From: Gekko japonicus
Taxonomy: Eukaryota
DNA: 64,000 nucleotides
Reading direction: 5' to 3'
Assembly (NCBI RefSeq): GCF_001447785.1
Contig: NW_015172097.1
Location: forward strand, 47,296 to 111,295
The notes below the pieces were generated by a model. It was not told where the DNA came from. It saw nothing but the letters and a program-made list of their open reading frames with translations, and did not search any database. This document shows positions 62,215 to 64,000 of this stretch, in pieces (the stretch's first letter is position 1; the number at the start of each line of letters is the position of its first letter). The position numbers were made by a program, and so were the translations under genes.

Positions 62215-63420
62215 ACAAGTCCTGTCCTCCACTACCAGCTGAAATAGTGCCCTACCCTCTCCTAAATTACAGTCCTTCAAATACTTAAAAAGAGTAATTG
62301 TATCCCCTCTCAACCTCTTCTTCTCCAGGCTGAACATTCCCAGTTCCCAGTTCCTACAGTCTTTCTTTGTAAGGCTTAAGTCTCCAAACCCCTTATCATC
62401 CTTGTCACTCTCATCTGCACCTGCTCTAAAGTTTCTATGTCTTTCCTATAAAAAGGCCTTCAGAACTGGACATGATACTCCAAATGGACATGATACAATG
62501 CGGTGTACCGTGGTAGCATCACATATCTTGTCCTAGATGCTATGCATCTGTTGATATGGACTAAGACTGAATTTGCCTTCTTTGCTGCCACATCACACTG
62601 GCTACTCATACTCAATTTGCAGTGCACCAAAACCCCAAGATCCCATTCACACATGTACTACCCAGAACAGTATCCTGTATCCAGTATGTGTGCATAATGT
62701 TGTTACTACCCAGATGCAAAACCTTACCTTTATCTCAATTAAACTGTATCTTGTTCACATCTGCCCATTTTCCCACTGTATCCAAGTCTCATTGTATTTA
62801 TTCTCTATCTTCTGGTACCATCACAAATTTAATGGGCAGTCCCTTCACACCCTTATTTAGATTGTTGATAACAAAAATTAAAAAGCACTAGGCCCAAAAC
62901 CAACACCTGCAGTAGCCCACTAGATACTACCCTCCAATCAAACAAAGAACCATTAACTCCCAACTCCCCATCTAGTTCTTTCAGCACTCTTGGGTAGACA
63001 CCATCCAACCTATCCAAAGCATTCAGATACTTCTGAATGATCTCTGTATTTATATATACCTGCATACTTGAATTCTGCACGCCACTGTCCCCAAGTGGGC
63101 CTCTACTCTCATTCAGAGAGAAGACTGAGGCAAAACAGGCATTAAACCTCTCTGCCTTTGCTTTACCCTCTGTCAGAGTTTCTTCATTTTCACCCAGTGG
63201 TAGATTTATCACCTTCTTCACCTTCCATTTAGTCCTCACATACCTAAAAACCCCTTCTTATTATTGTGAGCTTCCCTGGCCAATCTTAGCTCATTTTGAG
63301 CTTCGGTCTCCCAACAACCACTCTACAGTGTTTAGCAACCTGTAGGTACTGTTCCTTAATGATCTGCCCTTCCTTCCATTTCCTAAACATAAACTTTTTT
63401 TCCTAACTCACCATAGAGTT
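62215..63420 (-). mobile_element. CR1 LINE fragment with internal deletions
   Basis: KAERFNACFASVFS, DGVYPRVLKEL and DLGVLV..KLSMSSQCDVAAKKANSVL..I.R.I. Confidence 0.88.
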
Positions 63421-63699
63421 CTAGAGAAGTTTATTACTATGTAATGTAAGCATGCACCTACAGACATATTTATTCAGGTGTAAGATTATTAAACAGTGCT
63501 ATAAGCTCCCAGCAGTGAGGAGTGTATCATCTAAATTTCCTTAGATGGAAGAAAATAGTAGGAGGAGGCAGGAAAAATGTGCCTCATGCCACTTGCATGT
63601 ATTAGAGCTAGGTTCAGTAGGCAAGGGAGTGCAAGGGCTTGTGGTCAAGAGTTCACAGAAAAAGTTGGATTTGCCATTACTGATTATGGTGCATGTCTT

Positions 63700-63897
63700 G
63701 ACCTATATAGCCCAGGCTAACTGGATCTCATCTGATCTCAGAAGCTAAGCAGGGATTACCCTGGTGTTTGGATAGGAGACCATCAAGGAAGACCAGGGTC
63801 GCTACACAGAGGCAGGCATTGGCAAACCACCCCTGAACATCTCTTGCCTTGAAAACCCTACAGGGTCACTATAAGCCGGCTGCGACTTGACGGCAAT
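63700..63897 (+). mobile_element. 5S rRNA-headed SINE (SINE3, 5S-Sauria-like)
   Basis: GATCTCATCTGATCTCAGAAGCTAAGCAGGG...TGGATAGGAGACC matches the 5S internal promoter region. It is followed by a non-5S body ending CGACTTGACGGCA. Confidence 0.8.
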
Positions 63898-64000
63898 TTT
63901 TTTAAAAAAAATTATGCTGTATAATATTCAAGGAATACCAATTTGTTCAAGAATAGACACACCTCAAGCAGGGCCGGCTCACGCACTAGGCAAACTAGGC

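Noticed and set aside
63700-63800. 5S rRNA gene
   Set aside because: Only partial, diverged similarity, fused to a SINE body with no 5S terminator.

Overview
Vertebrate genomic DNA, almost certainly a squamate reptile and probably a gecko (Squam3-like SINEs with (CTT)n tails, Squam2-like and 5S-headed SINEs, reptile-type L1/L2/CR1), from a gapped assembly with four N runs. No intact host gene is evident. The window reads as a large intron or intergenic region with one plausible 100-nt minus-strand exon (18806-18905) and AT-rich, TE-free, homeodomain-motif-rich blocks that may be conserved enhancers. Much of the rest is transposable elements, many bounded by TSDs/TIRs. These include the 5' end of a Gypsy element, a very young 1.1-kb TRIM-like LTR element with identical 357-bp LTRs and the same tRNA-Ser PBS, a decayed hAT transposon nested in an L2, a rearranged full-length L1, a 1.8-kb ORF1-only L1-like element with a 20-bp TSD, a Helitron with a CpG-rich interior nested in a SINE, three Penelope-like fold-back remnants with hammerhead-like cores, many hAT/Harbinger MITEs and solo LTRs. 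There is also a 2.1-kb tandem duplication and an unexplained ~175-bp element present twice with block-wise conservation. All family names are from recognition of motifs, not database searches.
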